From positions 1 through 56,065 of the forward strand of contig JBDRPO010000005.1 in assembly GCA_043827085.1 (NCBI GenBank): a DNA stretch of 56,065 bases, read 5' to 3'. Positions 7,967-16,099 of the stretch are shown here, piece by piece (positions within the stretch are counted from its first letter, which is position 1; each line of letters starts with the position of its first letter). The notes beneath the pieces are model-generated. The model searched no databases. It saw only the letters and a program-made list of their open reading frames with translations, and was not told the origin of the DNA. Source of the stretch: a bacterium. GTDB lineage: Bacteria; Patescibacteriota; Microgenomatia; UBA1400; UBA12108. A program made the translations under genes and the position numbers.

Positions 7967-9020
7967 ACTCCCCCACTTCTCCCATTCCGGCAGAGACCCA
8001 AACTAACTCTTTGTGGATCTTTTTAGTAATTTCTGTCTCAATTTTCTCCCGCAAACTCACATCAACCAGTTCCATCTTGTTTACGACTACTATCTCGGGC
8101 TTCTCAGCTAACCCCTTCCCGAACTTCTCTAGTTCCTTCCGCACGACCTGATAATCCTTGATCAACTGACCACTAACATCTTGAGTCTGTAATCTAGTAT
8201 CTGTGAGGATCTCCGAACTGGGCGCTAGTACATGGATCAACATTTTTGTACGCTCGAGGTGTCTTAGAAACCATGGCCCTATGCCCTTCCCTTCCCACGC
8301 ATCTTCAACCACTCCTGGCACGTCCACTAGAATTAAATTCTTCTTCGTCTCACCCTGTGGCAAACTCAATACCCCCAAATTAGGCTCGAGAGTCGTAAAT
8401 GGATACCCCGCAATTTTAGGATTCGCGTTCGTCAATGCTTTGAGTAGTGATGACTTGCCTACGTTTGGTAGTCCCACTATCCCCACGTCCGCGACCACCT
8501 TTAGCTCCAGTAGGAGCCACTTCTCGTCGCCCGGCTTCCCCGCCTCAAACTCCTGTGGGGTCTGGTTCGTTGCCGAACGAAACTGAAAATTCCCCCTGCC
8601 TCCCCTGCCCCCCCACGCCGCCTCAAACCGCTGTCCATGCCGGATCATATCAACCATGAGTCGCCTCCCCTTCATCACCTTTTCAAACATCTCTCGATCC
8701 CGCAAATTGGCTCCAGCGTACTCCTGGCTTATTTCATACACGACCGTCCCAACCGGAACCTTCACCTGAACTTCATCCGTATTCTTCCCGTGCATATTCT
8801 TCCCCCATCCAGGATCAGCATCACGTACCACAAATTTTTTCTTAAAATTAAACTCCACCAAATTTGGCATGTTCTCGTCAGCAACGAGGACTATATCGCC
8901 CCCATCGCCCCCATCACCCCCGTCAGGTCCCCCTTTTGGTTGATACTTGCCGTGCAAGAAATGGACGCTTCCATCGCCCCCATCGCCCGCCTTAATGTAT
9001 ATCCTCGCTAAATCTTTCAT
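7920..9020 (-). CDS. obg: GTPase Obg/CgtA
   Basis: Gly-rich Obg fold (KAGDGGDGSVHF...GGPDGGDGGDGGDIV) and G1 motif GLPNVGKSSLL. SD GGGAG lies upstream. The 3' 47 nt lie antisense to the tRNA-Ala. Confidence 0.9.
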   Translation of the reverse strand: MKDLARIYIKAGDGGDGSVHFLHGKYQPKGGPDGGDGGDGGDIVLVADENMPNLVEFNFKKKFVVRDADPGWGKNMHGKNTDEVQVKVPVGTVVYEISQEYAGANLRDREMFEKVMKGRRLMVDMIRHGQRFEAAWGGRGGRGNFQFRSATNQTPQEFEAGKPGDEKWLLLELKVVADVGIVGLPNVGKSSLLKALTNANPKIAGYPFTTLEPNLGVLSLPQGETKKNLILVDVPGVVEDAWEGKGIGPWFLRHLERTKMLIHVLAPSSEILTDTRLQTQDVSGQLIKDYQVVRKELEKFGKGLAEKPEIVVVNKMELVDVSLREKIETEITKKIHKELVWVSAGMGEVGELVDRIGLEPTTSTMP

Positions 9021-9067
9021 AATCTCCCATATTCTACTCTAATTCTTCATTTTCCTCTAGCTTAAAC

Positions 9068-9093
9068 GATATAATGATTTAAATCATTATATC
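9068..9093. promoter_or_regulatory. Palindrome copy 1: GATATAATGATTTAAATCATTATATC (26 bp, perfect); candidate operator / bidirectional extended -10
   Basis: Perfect dyad, 48 bp upstream of the obg start, overlapping the stop of the EEP gene. It contains TGATATAAT when read on the minus strand. Confidence 0.6.
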
Positions 9094-9818
9094 AACTTTC
9101 TCACCATACCAACTAACGCGCAGTGGTCACTTACTCCCGACACCACTCTCACCTCATTTACTTCGTACTTTGGTGTACTCCAAATGTAGTCTACGACTAG
9201 CTTTAACCTCCCCGGCTCTTTTTTATTTGCGTAATGCAAAACTGGGTCAATAGTGGTTTCAACTCTCAGGGGGATATTGTCTTGAAAATGTCTCGCCAAC
9301 TCAAGATATATCTTATTCCCCCGTGGGATATTAAAGTCACCCGCCAAAACTAGCTCCTGTCCCCGTAATAAATCGATCATCTTCCCCATTTCTTGCCGCT
9401 GCCTCTCCGTCACACTTCCTTTTTCCGTCCACGTCCCGTGGACCACCCCAATCTGGTACTCTCTCCCCGCTTTCTTCACGCCCGTCGTCACAAGTACCGC
9501 CGCATGCTTGTCTTCCCCATATTTCGGCAGGTTGTCCTCACTATACGGCCCCAAATACGTTTTTTTTGTTTCCGAGAGTGGATATTTACTCATAATAACC
9601 TCCCCAAACTTTCGTCCCCCCACGACCAACCCCTCTTCATCTTGATCAGCTAAATACCCTGGCACAAACTCGACGTACGGATACCCCTTTGTCAATTTTG
9701 GTAGCGTATCTTCAAACACCTCCATCATCAGTACCACATCCGCTTGTTCTTGCTGCAAAAACTCCCGCACCATTTTTACATGTTTCTGTCCTTCAATATT
9801 TAACGACACCAATTTCAT
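9087..9818 (-). CDS. Endonuclease/exonuclease/phosphatase (EEP) family protein
   Basis: MKLVSLNIEG at the N-terminus and SDHCALV at the C-terminus. Start chosen at the Met preceded by GGAG (track start is 9836). Confidence 0.65.
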   Translation of the reverse strand: MKLVSLNIEGQKHVKMVREFLQQEQADVVLMMEVFEDTLPKLTKGYPYVEFVPGYLADQDEEGLVVGGRKFGEVIMSKYPLSETKKTYLGPYSEDNLPKYGEDKHAAVLVTTGVKKAGREYQIGVVHGTWTEKGSVTERQRQEMGKMIDLLRGQELVLAGDFNIPRGNKIYLELARHFQDNIPLRVETTIDPVLHYANKKEPGRLKLVVDYIWSTPKYEVNEVRVVSGVSDHCALVGMVRKLI

Positions 9819-9871
9819 GCTCATACTCCAGCACATTATATCCCACTACCCCATTGACAATTCGCTTCTGA

Positions 9872-9907
9872 TTAATGATATAATGATTCAAATCATTATA
9901 TCATTAA
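9872..9907. promoter_or_regulatory. Palindrome copy 2 (36 bp, one central mismatch; core 9877-9902), overlapping a promoter for the YerC-like gene
   Basis: TTAATGATATAATGATTCAAATCATTATATCATTAA. TTGACA at 9854-9859, a 19-nt spacer, and extended -10 TGATATAAT at 9876-9884. It lies 22 bp upstream of ATG 9924. The same TGATATAAT reads on the minus strand toward the EEP gene. Confidence 0.6.
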
Positions 9908-9923
9908 AGAAAAGCTATCCCCT

Positions 9924-10331
9924 ATGTCCCAAATCTCGCGTCGCTACTTAAATCCCAAAGTCGAACAACAAATCTTTAGTACTTTTGTCGAATCTTTTAC
10001 CTCTCTCTCCTCAACCCAAAAAGCTACCGATTTCCTCTATGACCTCCTCTCCCCTGTCGAACAGGTCATGCTTGGCAAACGCCTCGCCATCGCCTACATG
10101 CTCATGAAAGGTTATGCCCAACGCACGGTAGCCGACACCATCAAAGTCTCGCAAGCTACCGTCACAAAAGTTAATGCTTCGCTCAAAATCGGTATGGGCT
10201 ACCGCGCCATTATTTCTCACATGCTCCAAAGAGAAAAAATTGTCGCCTTCTTTGATAAGCTCGAAGAAAAAATTGAGGACATTCTCCCAAAGCGCAAAAT
10301 CTCCTTTAGTATCAACAATAAACACAAATAA
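9924..10331 (+). CDS. TrpR-like / YerC-YecD family DNA-binding protein
   Basis: The pattern ...LLSPVEQVMLGKRLAIAYMLMKGYAQRTVADTIKVSQATVTKVNASLKIGMGY matches the YerC/TrpR HTH (S.ATI.RVNRSL..G..GY). Confidence 0.7.
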   Translation: MSQISRRYLNPKVEQQIFSTFVESFTSLSSTQKATDFLYDLLSPVEQVMLGKRLAIAYMLMKGYAQRTVADTIKVSQATVTKVNASLKIGMGYRAIISHMLQREKIVAFFDKLEEKIEDILPKRKISFSINNKHK

Positions 10332-10356
10332 TTACCCTAATATCATCTACATCAAT

Positions 10357-10384
10357 TGACATAATGATTTAAATCATTATGTCA
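10357..10384. promoter_or_regulatory. Palindrome copy 3: TGACATAATGATTTAAATCATTATGTCA (28 bp, perfect)
   Basis: Lies between the YerC-like stop (10331) and the SPFH gene start (10447). It contains TGACATAAT on both strands. Confidence 0.6.
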
Positions 10385-10446
10385 TCAATCCCTGTTCAAT
10401 TATTTGTGTTATACTTGACTAAATTACGTACAATTGGAGGTCGCTT

Positions 10447-11187
10447 ATGGAATTCTTTATTCCCATTATTATTTTCCTCATCTTGATCTCCCTCAAGCAA
10501 GTCAACCAGTACGAGCGCGGCGTCGTCTACACCATGGGTCGCTTTAGCTACATCATCGGTCCCGGTTGGAAATTCGTCATCCCCATCTTCCAATCCTTCC
10601 GCAAAGTCGACATCCGCACCAAAGCCGCCGACGTCCCCAAGCAGGATACCATTACCAAAGACAACGTCACCTGCAAAATGAACGCCGTCATTTACTACAA
10701 AGTGGTAGACGCCGCCAAAACGATAAACGAAGTCGAAGACGTGACCTACGCCGTCCTCCAGCTCGCCCAAACTACCATGCGCCGCGTGGCTTCCGAGGCA
10801 ACACTCGATGAACTCCTTTCTCAGCGCGAAAAGATCGCCAAAGAAATCTTGAGCCTAGTTGAAAAACACGCCACCTCCTGGGGTATCGACATCCAGGCCG
10901 TTGAACTCAAAGACATCGAACTCCCTGAATCCATGATCCGCACCATGGCCAAACAAGCCGAAGCCGAACGCGAGAAACGCGCCACCATTATCAATAGTCA
11001 GGGAGAACTCATGGCAAGCGAAAACTTAGCCAAAGCCGCCAAAATGCTTGCCACCGCTCCCGGCGCCCTCCACCTGCGCACCCTCAACTCCATCAACGAT
11101 ATCAGTTCTGATCAAAGCAACACCGTAGTCTTCGCCGTACCTCTCGAGGTACTGCGCGCCCTCGAAGGCATCACCAAAAAGAAATGA
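10447..11187 (+). CDS. SPFH/Band 7 (stomatin-like) membrane protein
   Basis: N-terminal TM helix, then QYERGVVYTMGRF...KVDIRT...TKDNV...YYKV, typical of stomatin/QmcA-like proteins. Confidence 0.8.
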   Translation: MEFFIPIIIFLILISLKQVNQYERGVVYTMGRFSYIIGPGWKFVIPIFQSFRKVDIRTKAADVPKQDTITKDNVTCKMNAVIYYKVVDAAKTINEVEDVTYAVLQLAQTTMRRVASEATLDELLSQREKIAKEILSLVEKHATSWGIDIQAVELKDIELPESMIRTMAKQAEAEREKRATIINSQGELMASENLAKAAKMLATAPGALHLRTLNSINDISSDQSNTVVFAVPLEVLRALEGITKKK

Positions 11188-11486
11188 GCTTCTTCTCCCG
11201 CGTCTACGCCCTCTCTCGTCAAATCCCCGAGGGTTACGTCACCACCTACGGTGAACTCGCTCGCGCTCTCGGTACCCGTGACGCCCGTCGCGTCGGCCAC
11301 GCCCTCCACGCCAACCCTGACCCCACTACTCCCTGCCATCGTGTAGTGGCCAAAGATGGCCGTCTCGCCCCTCACTACGCCTTTGGCGGCTCCCTAGAAC
11401 AATACGCCAGATTAAAAGAAGAGGGCGTCACTTTCTTAGATAGGGAACACGTCGATCTGGCTTGCCACTTCTTCCGGTACTCTTGA
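11184..11486 (+). CDS. MGMT-family protein (methylated-DNA-protein-cysteine methyltransferase DNA-binding/active-site domain only)
   Basis: YVTTYGELA...VGHAL..NP....PCHRVV with the PCHRV active-site motif. ATGA overlap with the SPFH gene. Confidence 0.75.
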   Translation: MSFFSRVYALSRQIPEGYVTTYGELARALGTRDARRVGHALHANPDPTTPCHRVVAKDGRLAPHYAFGGSLEQYARLKEEGVTFLDREHVDLACHFFRYS

Positions 11487-11906
11487 TTTCCAGCTCACGT
11501 CCCCTCGCCTCATTAGTTCGCGTATCTTCACCCCCTCAAGTTCATCCCGATTAAATAACCCAGTTTTGGATATTGGATACCCTACATGCTTCATCAAATT
11601 TGTTACCCAATTATTATTCGATACCACAACATCAAATTTTGGCACAAGATGTATTACTTCTTTCACCCATTCTTCATCACTCGGAGTATCTGGTATCGCA
11701 ATAATATTAACCTCTTGTGACACAGCTCCTATCATCCTTTTTCTTGTTTCAAAATCCCACGGATTATCTAACGTTCCTCTGATATTACTACTTCCAATCC
11801 CCACGATCACCGCATCCGCCACGTCAAAACACTTCTTTAAACTATACAGATGGCCATTGTGAAACGGCTGAAACCTCCCGATAAATAATGCGATCTTATA
11901 CTGCAT
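11436..11906 (-). CDS. Nicotinamide-nucleotide adenylyltransferase (archaeal NadM-type cytidylyltransferase fold)
   Basis: N-terminal IGRFQPFHNGH motif, about 156 aa. The 3' end overlaps the convergent MGMT gene by 51 nt. Confidence 0.7.
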   Translation of the reverse strand: MQYKIALFIGRFQPFHNGHLYSLKKCFDVADAVIVGIGSSNIRGTLDNPWDFETRKRMIGAVSQEVNIIAIPDTPSDEEWVKEVIHLVPKFDVVVSNNNWVTNLMKHVGYPISKTGLFNRDELEGVKIRELMRRGDVSWKSRVPEEVASQIDVFPI

Positions 11907-12017
11907 AAATTAAAAATCCAAAGCATCAAATAACAAACAAATCAAAAATTATGTTTAAATATTTAATCTATAAACTTTTTGTAATTTGTTTTGAATTTGT
12001 AATTTTGAATTTTGGAT
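11907..12017 (-). terminator. Long imperfect AT-rich inverted repeat (AAATCCAAA ... TTTGGATTT) between the M23 peptidase and NMNAT genes; possible terminator
   Basis: The outer arms are complementary and, read on the minus strand, are followed by a T-run. The interior has period-7-like TGNAATT units. Weak stem, so uncertain. Confidence 0.3.
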
Positions 12018-13103
12018 TTATTTTAGATATCCCAGCGGATCCACATTCCCAGAAGCAGTTCTAATCTCAAAATGTAAATGTACTCCTGTCGACCTCCCCG
12101 TCGACCCCATCTGCCCAATCACTGTTCCTCTGTTTACCCTCTGTCCCGTCACCACCGCAATATTTGACAAATGTCCATACAAAGTTTGATAACCATTCCC
12201 ATGATCAATTATTATATGATTACCGTACCCCACATTCGTCCAACCCGCCACAACGATCGTTCCCGCATCAGCCGAAAGGATTACTCCTCCACCATGATTC
12301 GCGATATCTACTCCTTTGTGGTACCATCGGAAAGGCTGTGAGATCGTCCCAAAAGCCGGCCACGCAAAGTTCCCTGTGGCAGTAACAGAACCAGCGTCAG
12401 GCGTGAGAACGTTAGCAAATCGTGGGGTAGACACTACTTCGTCTGGCATAATCCCATCTGGGATGATCAAAGTCTGTCCGGCTACAAGCGCAAATGTCTC
12501 ATCATCCGAAAATGTATTCATCGGAAAGTCTACTATTCCCTGCGCGCCTGTCTGGAACTTCTTGGCTATCGAGTACACTGTATCCCCCGGCTTTACTTTA
12601 TAAACTACCCCCGTGACCGGCGGCACCGACACGACGACTCCCGGCTTAACCTTTTGCCAATTAATACTCGGATTGGCCCACTTCAGAGACTCGATTGACA
12701 GATCAAACTTAGCCGCGATTGACGACAAAGAATCGCCCTCTTTTACCGTATATTCTGATACTTGGTTCCACGGCTTCTCCGACTCTAAGGTCACAATTCC
12801 CGTTGAATCCAAGGATACCCCGAGCGTACTCGTTCCAGACACGCTATCCTCTCGAACCGACTCCCCAGCGAGCGAACTTTGGACAAACTTGGGACCAAGG
12901 ATCACCCCAAAAAAGATCAAGGCCATCATCCCCGAATGCAAAAACGGTCTGGCATACTTTCCCCTCTTACGGTACAGTACCCCCGCCACAATATCCTTCC
13001 CTGCCTCAAAGCGGAAAAATGCTCGGTATGCATGCTTGGTAACATAGCGCAACAACTGTCTGTTAAACTCCCCAAATTCAGCTACTCCCGTCAAATCACT
13101 CAT
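12018..13103 (-). CDS. LysM-domain M23 family metallopeptidase
   Basis: Two LysM repeats (YTVKEGDSLSSIAAKF, YKVKPGDTVYSIAKKF). M23 motifs HKGVDIA and GSTGRSTGVHLHFEI. N-terminal TM helix. Confidence 0.85.
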   Translation of the reverse strand: MSDLTGVAEFGEFNRQLLRYVTKHAYRAFFRFEAGKDIVAGVLYRKRGKYARPFLHSGMMALIFFGVILGPKFVQSSLAGESVREDSVSGTSTLGVSLDSTGIVTLESEKPWNQVSEYTVKEGDSLSSIAAKFDLSIESLKWANPSINWQKVKPGVVVSVPPVTGVVYKVKPGDTVYSIAKKFQTGAQGIVDFPMNTFSDDETFALVAGQTLIIPDGIMPDEVVSTPRFANVLTPDAGSVTATGNFAWPAFGTISQPFRWYHKGVDIANHGGGVILSADAGTIVVAGWTNVGYGNHIIIDHGNGYQTLYGHLSNIAVVTGQRVNRGTVIGQMGSTGRSTGVHLHFEIRTASGNVDPLGYLK

Positions 13104-13126
13104 GCGCTTGCTATCCTAACAGATCC

Positions 13127-14506
13127 CTATCCTTCCTTCAACATCGCCAGGAATTCCTTGTTAGATTTGCTCTTATTCAATCTCTCGACCATCATCGAGG
13201 TGCGTTCGTCATCGTTTAGCATGTCGAGCATCCGCCTCATCATCACAATGTTTTGGTACTCGGCTCCAGTAAACAACAAGTCCTCGCGCCGCGTCCCCGA
13301 CTTATATACATCGATAGCCGGATAAATTCGTCGTTCAGACAAATGTCGGTCAAGCACGAGCTCCATATTGCCCGTACCCTTAAACTCTTCGTATATGAGC
13401 TCGTCCATCCGAGAGCCTGTATCCACGAGCGCCGTCCCGATGATGGTGAGCGATCCCCCATCTTCCATCTTGCGCGCCGCTCCAAAGAATCGCTTCGGTG
13501 GGTACAGTGCGGCTGGGTCAAATCCGCCCGACAAGGTCCTACCTGATGTCGGAATCGCCAAGTTGTATGCACGAGCCAAACGAGTAATAGAATCTAGGAG
13601 TATTACAACGTCTCTCCCCTCCTCCACTAGTCGCTTGGCACGCTCCAGTGCGATCTCCGCCACCCGCGTCTGATCCTCGGCTGGCTCATCAAAATTACTA
13701 GCCGCGCACTCCCCTTTCATTTCTGAGTTTTCCGTCACTTTCTCTAGATGTCTACGGATATCCGTCACTTCCTCCGGCCGCTCACCGATTAAAACCGTCA
13801 TTAAGTGAATATCCGGATAATTTTTAGCAATTCCCGTCACCATATCTTTCATGATGGTTGTTTTTCCGGCTTTAGGTGGCGCGACAATCATCCCCCGCTG
13901 TCCACGACCGATTGGAGCCACCAGATCAATAACTCGGTTCGACAGTGGCTGTGTTCCCATTTCGAGGGCAATCTTTTGAATTGGATAGATGGGCGTTAGA
14001 TTATGGAACTTAACTCGTTTATGTGTCTCCGACGGCGCTTTGCCGTTTACTTTATTCACCGTCACAAGCGCCCAGTAGCGCTCATTATCCTTGGGTTTCC
14101 TGGCCGTTCCCTCTACATAGTCACCGGGACGCAGTCCCAGTCGTCGCACTACCATCGAGGAAATATAGGCATCGCGCTCTGTAGGGTGGAAATGGGGTCG
14201 GAGTACTCCATGCCCGTCATTAGAATCGTCGAGGTAACCGGCAATCGGTTCGATATCAGCACCATTTGACGATGGAGTGTTATAACTCGGTCTCATTTGA
14301 TTGTAATTATTCATTGGTTTACCGCGCGAAGCCCCCTGGGAAGCGTAGCCAAAAGGCCTTGGTGACATTTGAGGACTTGGCGGGATCACGACTGGTGTCG
14401 ACGGTACCACAACCGACCCCGTCCTCACCGCTTCTATCTTTGTTTCCACTTTTTCTTCTACTTTTTCAACTTTCTCTACTTTCTTTGTGCTCTTTACAGC
14501 TGGCAT
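13127..14506 (-). CDS. rho: Transcription termination factor Rho (with low-complexity N-terminal extension)
   Basis: P-loop APPKAGKTTIM, an RNA-binding OB region and the conserved C-terminal ATPase. KVEKVEKVEEKVE N-terminal tail. Confidence 0.9.
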   Translation of the reverse strand: MPAVKSTKKVEKVEKVEEKVETKIEAVRTGSVVVPSTPVVIPPSPQMSPRPFGYASQGASRGKPMNNYNQMRPSYNTPSSNGADIEPIAGYLDDSNDGHGVLRPHFHPTERDAYISSMVVRRLGLRPGDYVEGTARKPKDNERYWALVTVNKVNGKAPSETHKRVKFHNLTPIYPIQKIALEMGTQPLSNRVIDLVAPIGRGQRGMIVAPPKAGKTTIMKDMVTGIAKNYPDIHLMTVLIGERPEEVTDIRRHLEKVTENSEMKGECAASNFDEPAEDQTRVAEIALERAKRLVEEGRDVVILLDSITRLARAYNLAIPTSGRTLSGGFDPAALYPPKRFFGAARKMEDGGSLTIIGTALVDTGSRMDELIYEEFKGTGNMELVLDRHLSERRIYPAIDVYKSGTRREDLLFTGAEYQNIVMMRRMLDMLNDDERTSMMVERLNKSKSNKEFLAMLKEG

Positions 14507-14543
14507 ACTTGCCCTCCTATCAATAATATTTGTGCAAACTACT

Positions 14544-14578
14544 AAAATCTAATTTCTGGAATCTAGCTTCTAACTTCC
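14544..14578 (+). repeat. Heptamer array a: AAAATCT AATTTCT GGAATCT AGCTTCT AACTTCC
   Basis: Read directly. Intergenic, 38 nt upstream of the rho start. Confidence 0.85.
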
Positions 14579-14600
14579 GGGGAACAACCATAGTATCGCA

Positions 14601-15506
14601 TTATCTTTGCAGTTCGTCAACTATCATCTGCGCCACACTCAGCACTTTAAGCTTCTTACTTTTGCGTTTCTGTATTTGTACATTTTTGCATTCTATTGTG
14701 TCGCTCACCACCATCTCGTCGATCGCACTCTTCTCAATCTTCTCTTGCACTCCTGGCACATACAAATGATGAGTAAGCCCCACTCGGATCGACTTTGTCC
14801 CATCTTTCTTCAGTTCTTTTGCTGTTTCCAGGAGCGTTGCTCCCGTAAACACATTGTCGTCGATCAAGAGTACTTCCGCGCCAGTAACACTCCGCGACAT
14901 CCCTACAACTGTGACGTCCCCGCTCTCCAAATCTCTTTTTTTGTCTAAATAAACCACTGGCACTCCTAGCTCCGCTGCAAATGCCGTAGCCACCTTTACG
15001 CTCCCCGCGTCCGGCGCCGCAATCAACGAATCTTTACTCAATTTCTGCTTAAAATACTCGACCAGTAGCTCCTTAGCCGACAACTCCGTGATCGGAGTAT
15101 CAAAAAACCCAAGTGTCGCACGATTGTGCAAGTCCACCGTGATAATGCGCGCCAGTCGCGCTAGAGTCAGTATCTGCGCCACTACCTTGCATGAGAGCGG
15201 CTCGCCAAGTCTAAACACCTTGTCTTGCTTTGAATATCCCATCCACGGTACAACAGCCGTAATTTCGCGCGCTCCTCCTCTGTGGAGAGCGTCGCAAATC
15301 AAACAAAACTCCATTAAATGATCATTTGTGGGTGAGGATAGAGACTGTACGACAATCACTTCTTTTTCAATCTTTGGCTCCTGCACCCATACCCTTGTCT
15401 CTCCGTTGGCAAACTGCGAAATCTCGAGTTTCCCTAGCTTTACCCCCAATAACTTCGCGATTTTCCCCGCCAACTCTCTATTACTACTTCCAGCAAATAT
15501 TTGCAT
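14601..15506 (-). CDS. prs: Ribose-phosphate pyrophosphokinase
   Basis: MQIFAGSSNRELAGKIAKLLG...ISQFANGE plus a PRPP-binding loop (LIDDNVFTGATL). Start moved to the conserved MQIF (track start is 15527). Confidence 0.9.
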   Translation of the reverse strand: MQIFAGSSNRELAGKIAKLLGVKLGKLEISQFANGETRVWVQEPKIEKEVIVVQSLSSPTNDHLMEFCLICDALHRGGAREITAVVPWMGYSKQDKVFRLGEPLSCKVVAQILTLARLARIITVDLHNRATLGFFDTPITELSAKELLVEYFKQKLSKDSLIAAPDAGSVKVATAFAAELGVPVVYLDKKRDLESGDVTVVGMSRSVTGAEVLLIDDNVFTGATLLETAKELKKDGTKSIRVGLTHHLYVPGVQEKIEKSAIDEMVVSDTIECKNVQIQKRKSKKLKVLSVAQMIVDELQR

Positions 15507-15842
15507 AAAACTATTGTACCGCAACACATATTCAGTATCGGAGGGCTATGAGCCTGCCCTATCTCACATGCCCCCCGATACTAATCACGCGTCGAGTCAT
15601 TATAGGCTCAAGCACTACAGATAGTGTGTTAGATACACTCTTACACACAAAATATAGCTTGACGGCCCTACAGTGCAGTGTTAAAGTTCTCTTACGCTTG
15701 TGTAGAAATTGAAACATCTACACTTCGTATTTGAATAAGAGCATTGCTACACGTGATCCCGTGCAAATGGAGAATCAGCGGTAGGAATGCTCTTTTCGTT
15801 CGTATCCTACCACCTCTGGTAATCCATGTCAACCTATAACAT
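15507..15842 (-). promoter_or_regulatory. Candidate prs promoter (TTGACA-17-TAGGAT, 15842-15814) plus a roughly 300-nt structured leader
   Basis: On the minus strand, TTGACA is the reverse complement of 15837-15842, followed by a 17-nt spacer and TAGGAT (reverse complement of 15814-15819). Downstream hairpins: 15737-15750/15781-15794, 15700-15706/15717-15723 and 15534-15541/15575-15582. Confidence 0.35.
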
Positions 15843-15957
15843 TTATACTCCCAATATCCACTATATCCCATATAAAATCTTCCTCTGGTTATCCCCTCTT
15901 TTTCGTCATTGTGGATAACTCAAGAATAACTATCACAGAACTTCAAATAATCATGAG

Positions 15958-16098
15958 GTCTGTCATCTCTCACAAGGAAAATTTACGCAAAGCTCAGGCG
16001 AGCCGGTTCCCACCAAAGGCGGGATCGCCTGACTGCGTTCGAGGAAATTCGATCGCTGGATCGAATATTCCGTTTTTCTAGTTGGGAGAGTGACAGAC
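15958..16098. ncRNA. Candidate structured RNA, a three-way junction; class and strand unknown
   Basis: Closing helix GTCTGTCATCTCTC (15958-71) / GAGAGTGACAGAC (16086-98). Hairpin TCAGGCGA (15994-16001) / TCGCCTGA (16025-32). Hairpin GGAAATTCGATC (16043-54) / GATCGAATATTCC (16059-71) with a GCTG loop. No ORF. Confidence 0.4.
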
Positions 16099-16099
16099 A

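Noticed and set aside
15800-15930. Possible replication origin: a perfect DnaA box TGTGGATAA (15910-15918) plus two 2-mismatch boxes (ATATCCACT at 15854-62, TTATCCCCT at 15889-97) in the long radA-prs spacer.
   Set aside because: One perfect 9-mer is expected about 0.4 times by chance in 2 x 56 kb. There is no dnaA or dnaN nearby and no clear AT-rich unwinding element or box cluster. A GC-skew analysis of the whole genome would be needed.
15958-16098. Assignment of the three-way-junction RNA to a known class. I noticed ACGCAAAGC as in c-di-GMP-I riboswitches, GGTGGGAACCGG resembling a T-box core on the minus strand, and GAGGAAATTCG resembling RNase P P4.
   Set aside because: Each resemblance is a single short motif without the surrounding helices required for that class. 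There is no GNRA tetraloop/receptor pair, no specifier or antiterminator arrangement, and no GGAAAGTCC. I cannot name the family without a covariance-model search.
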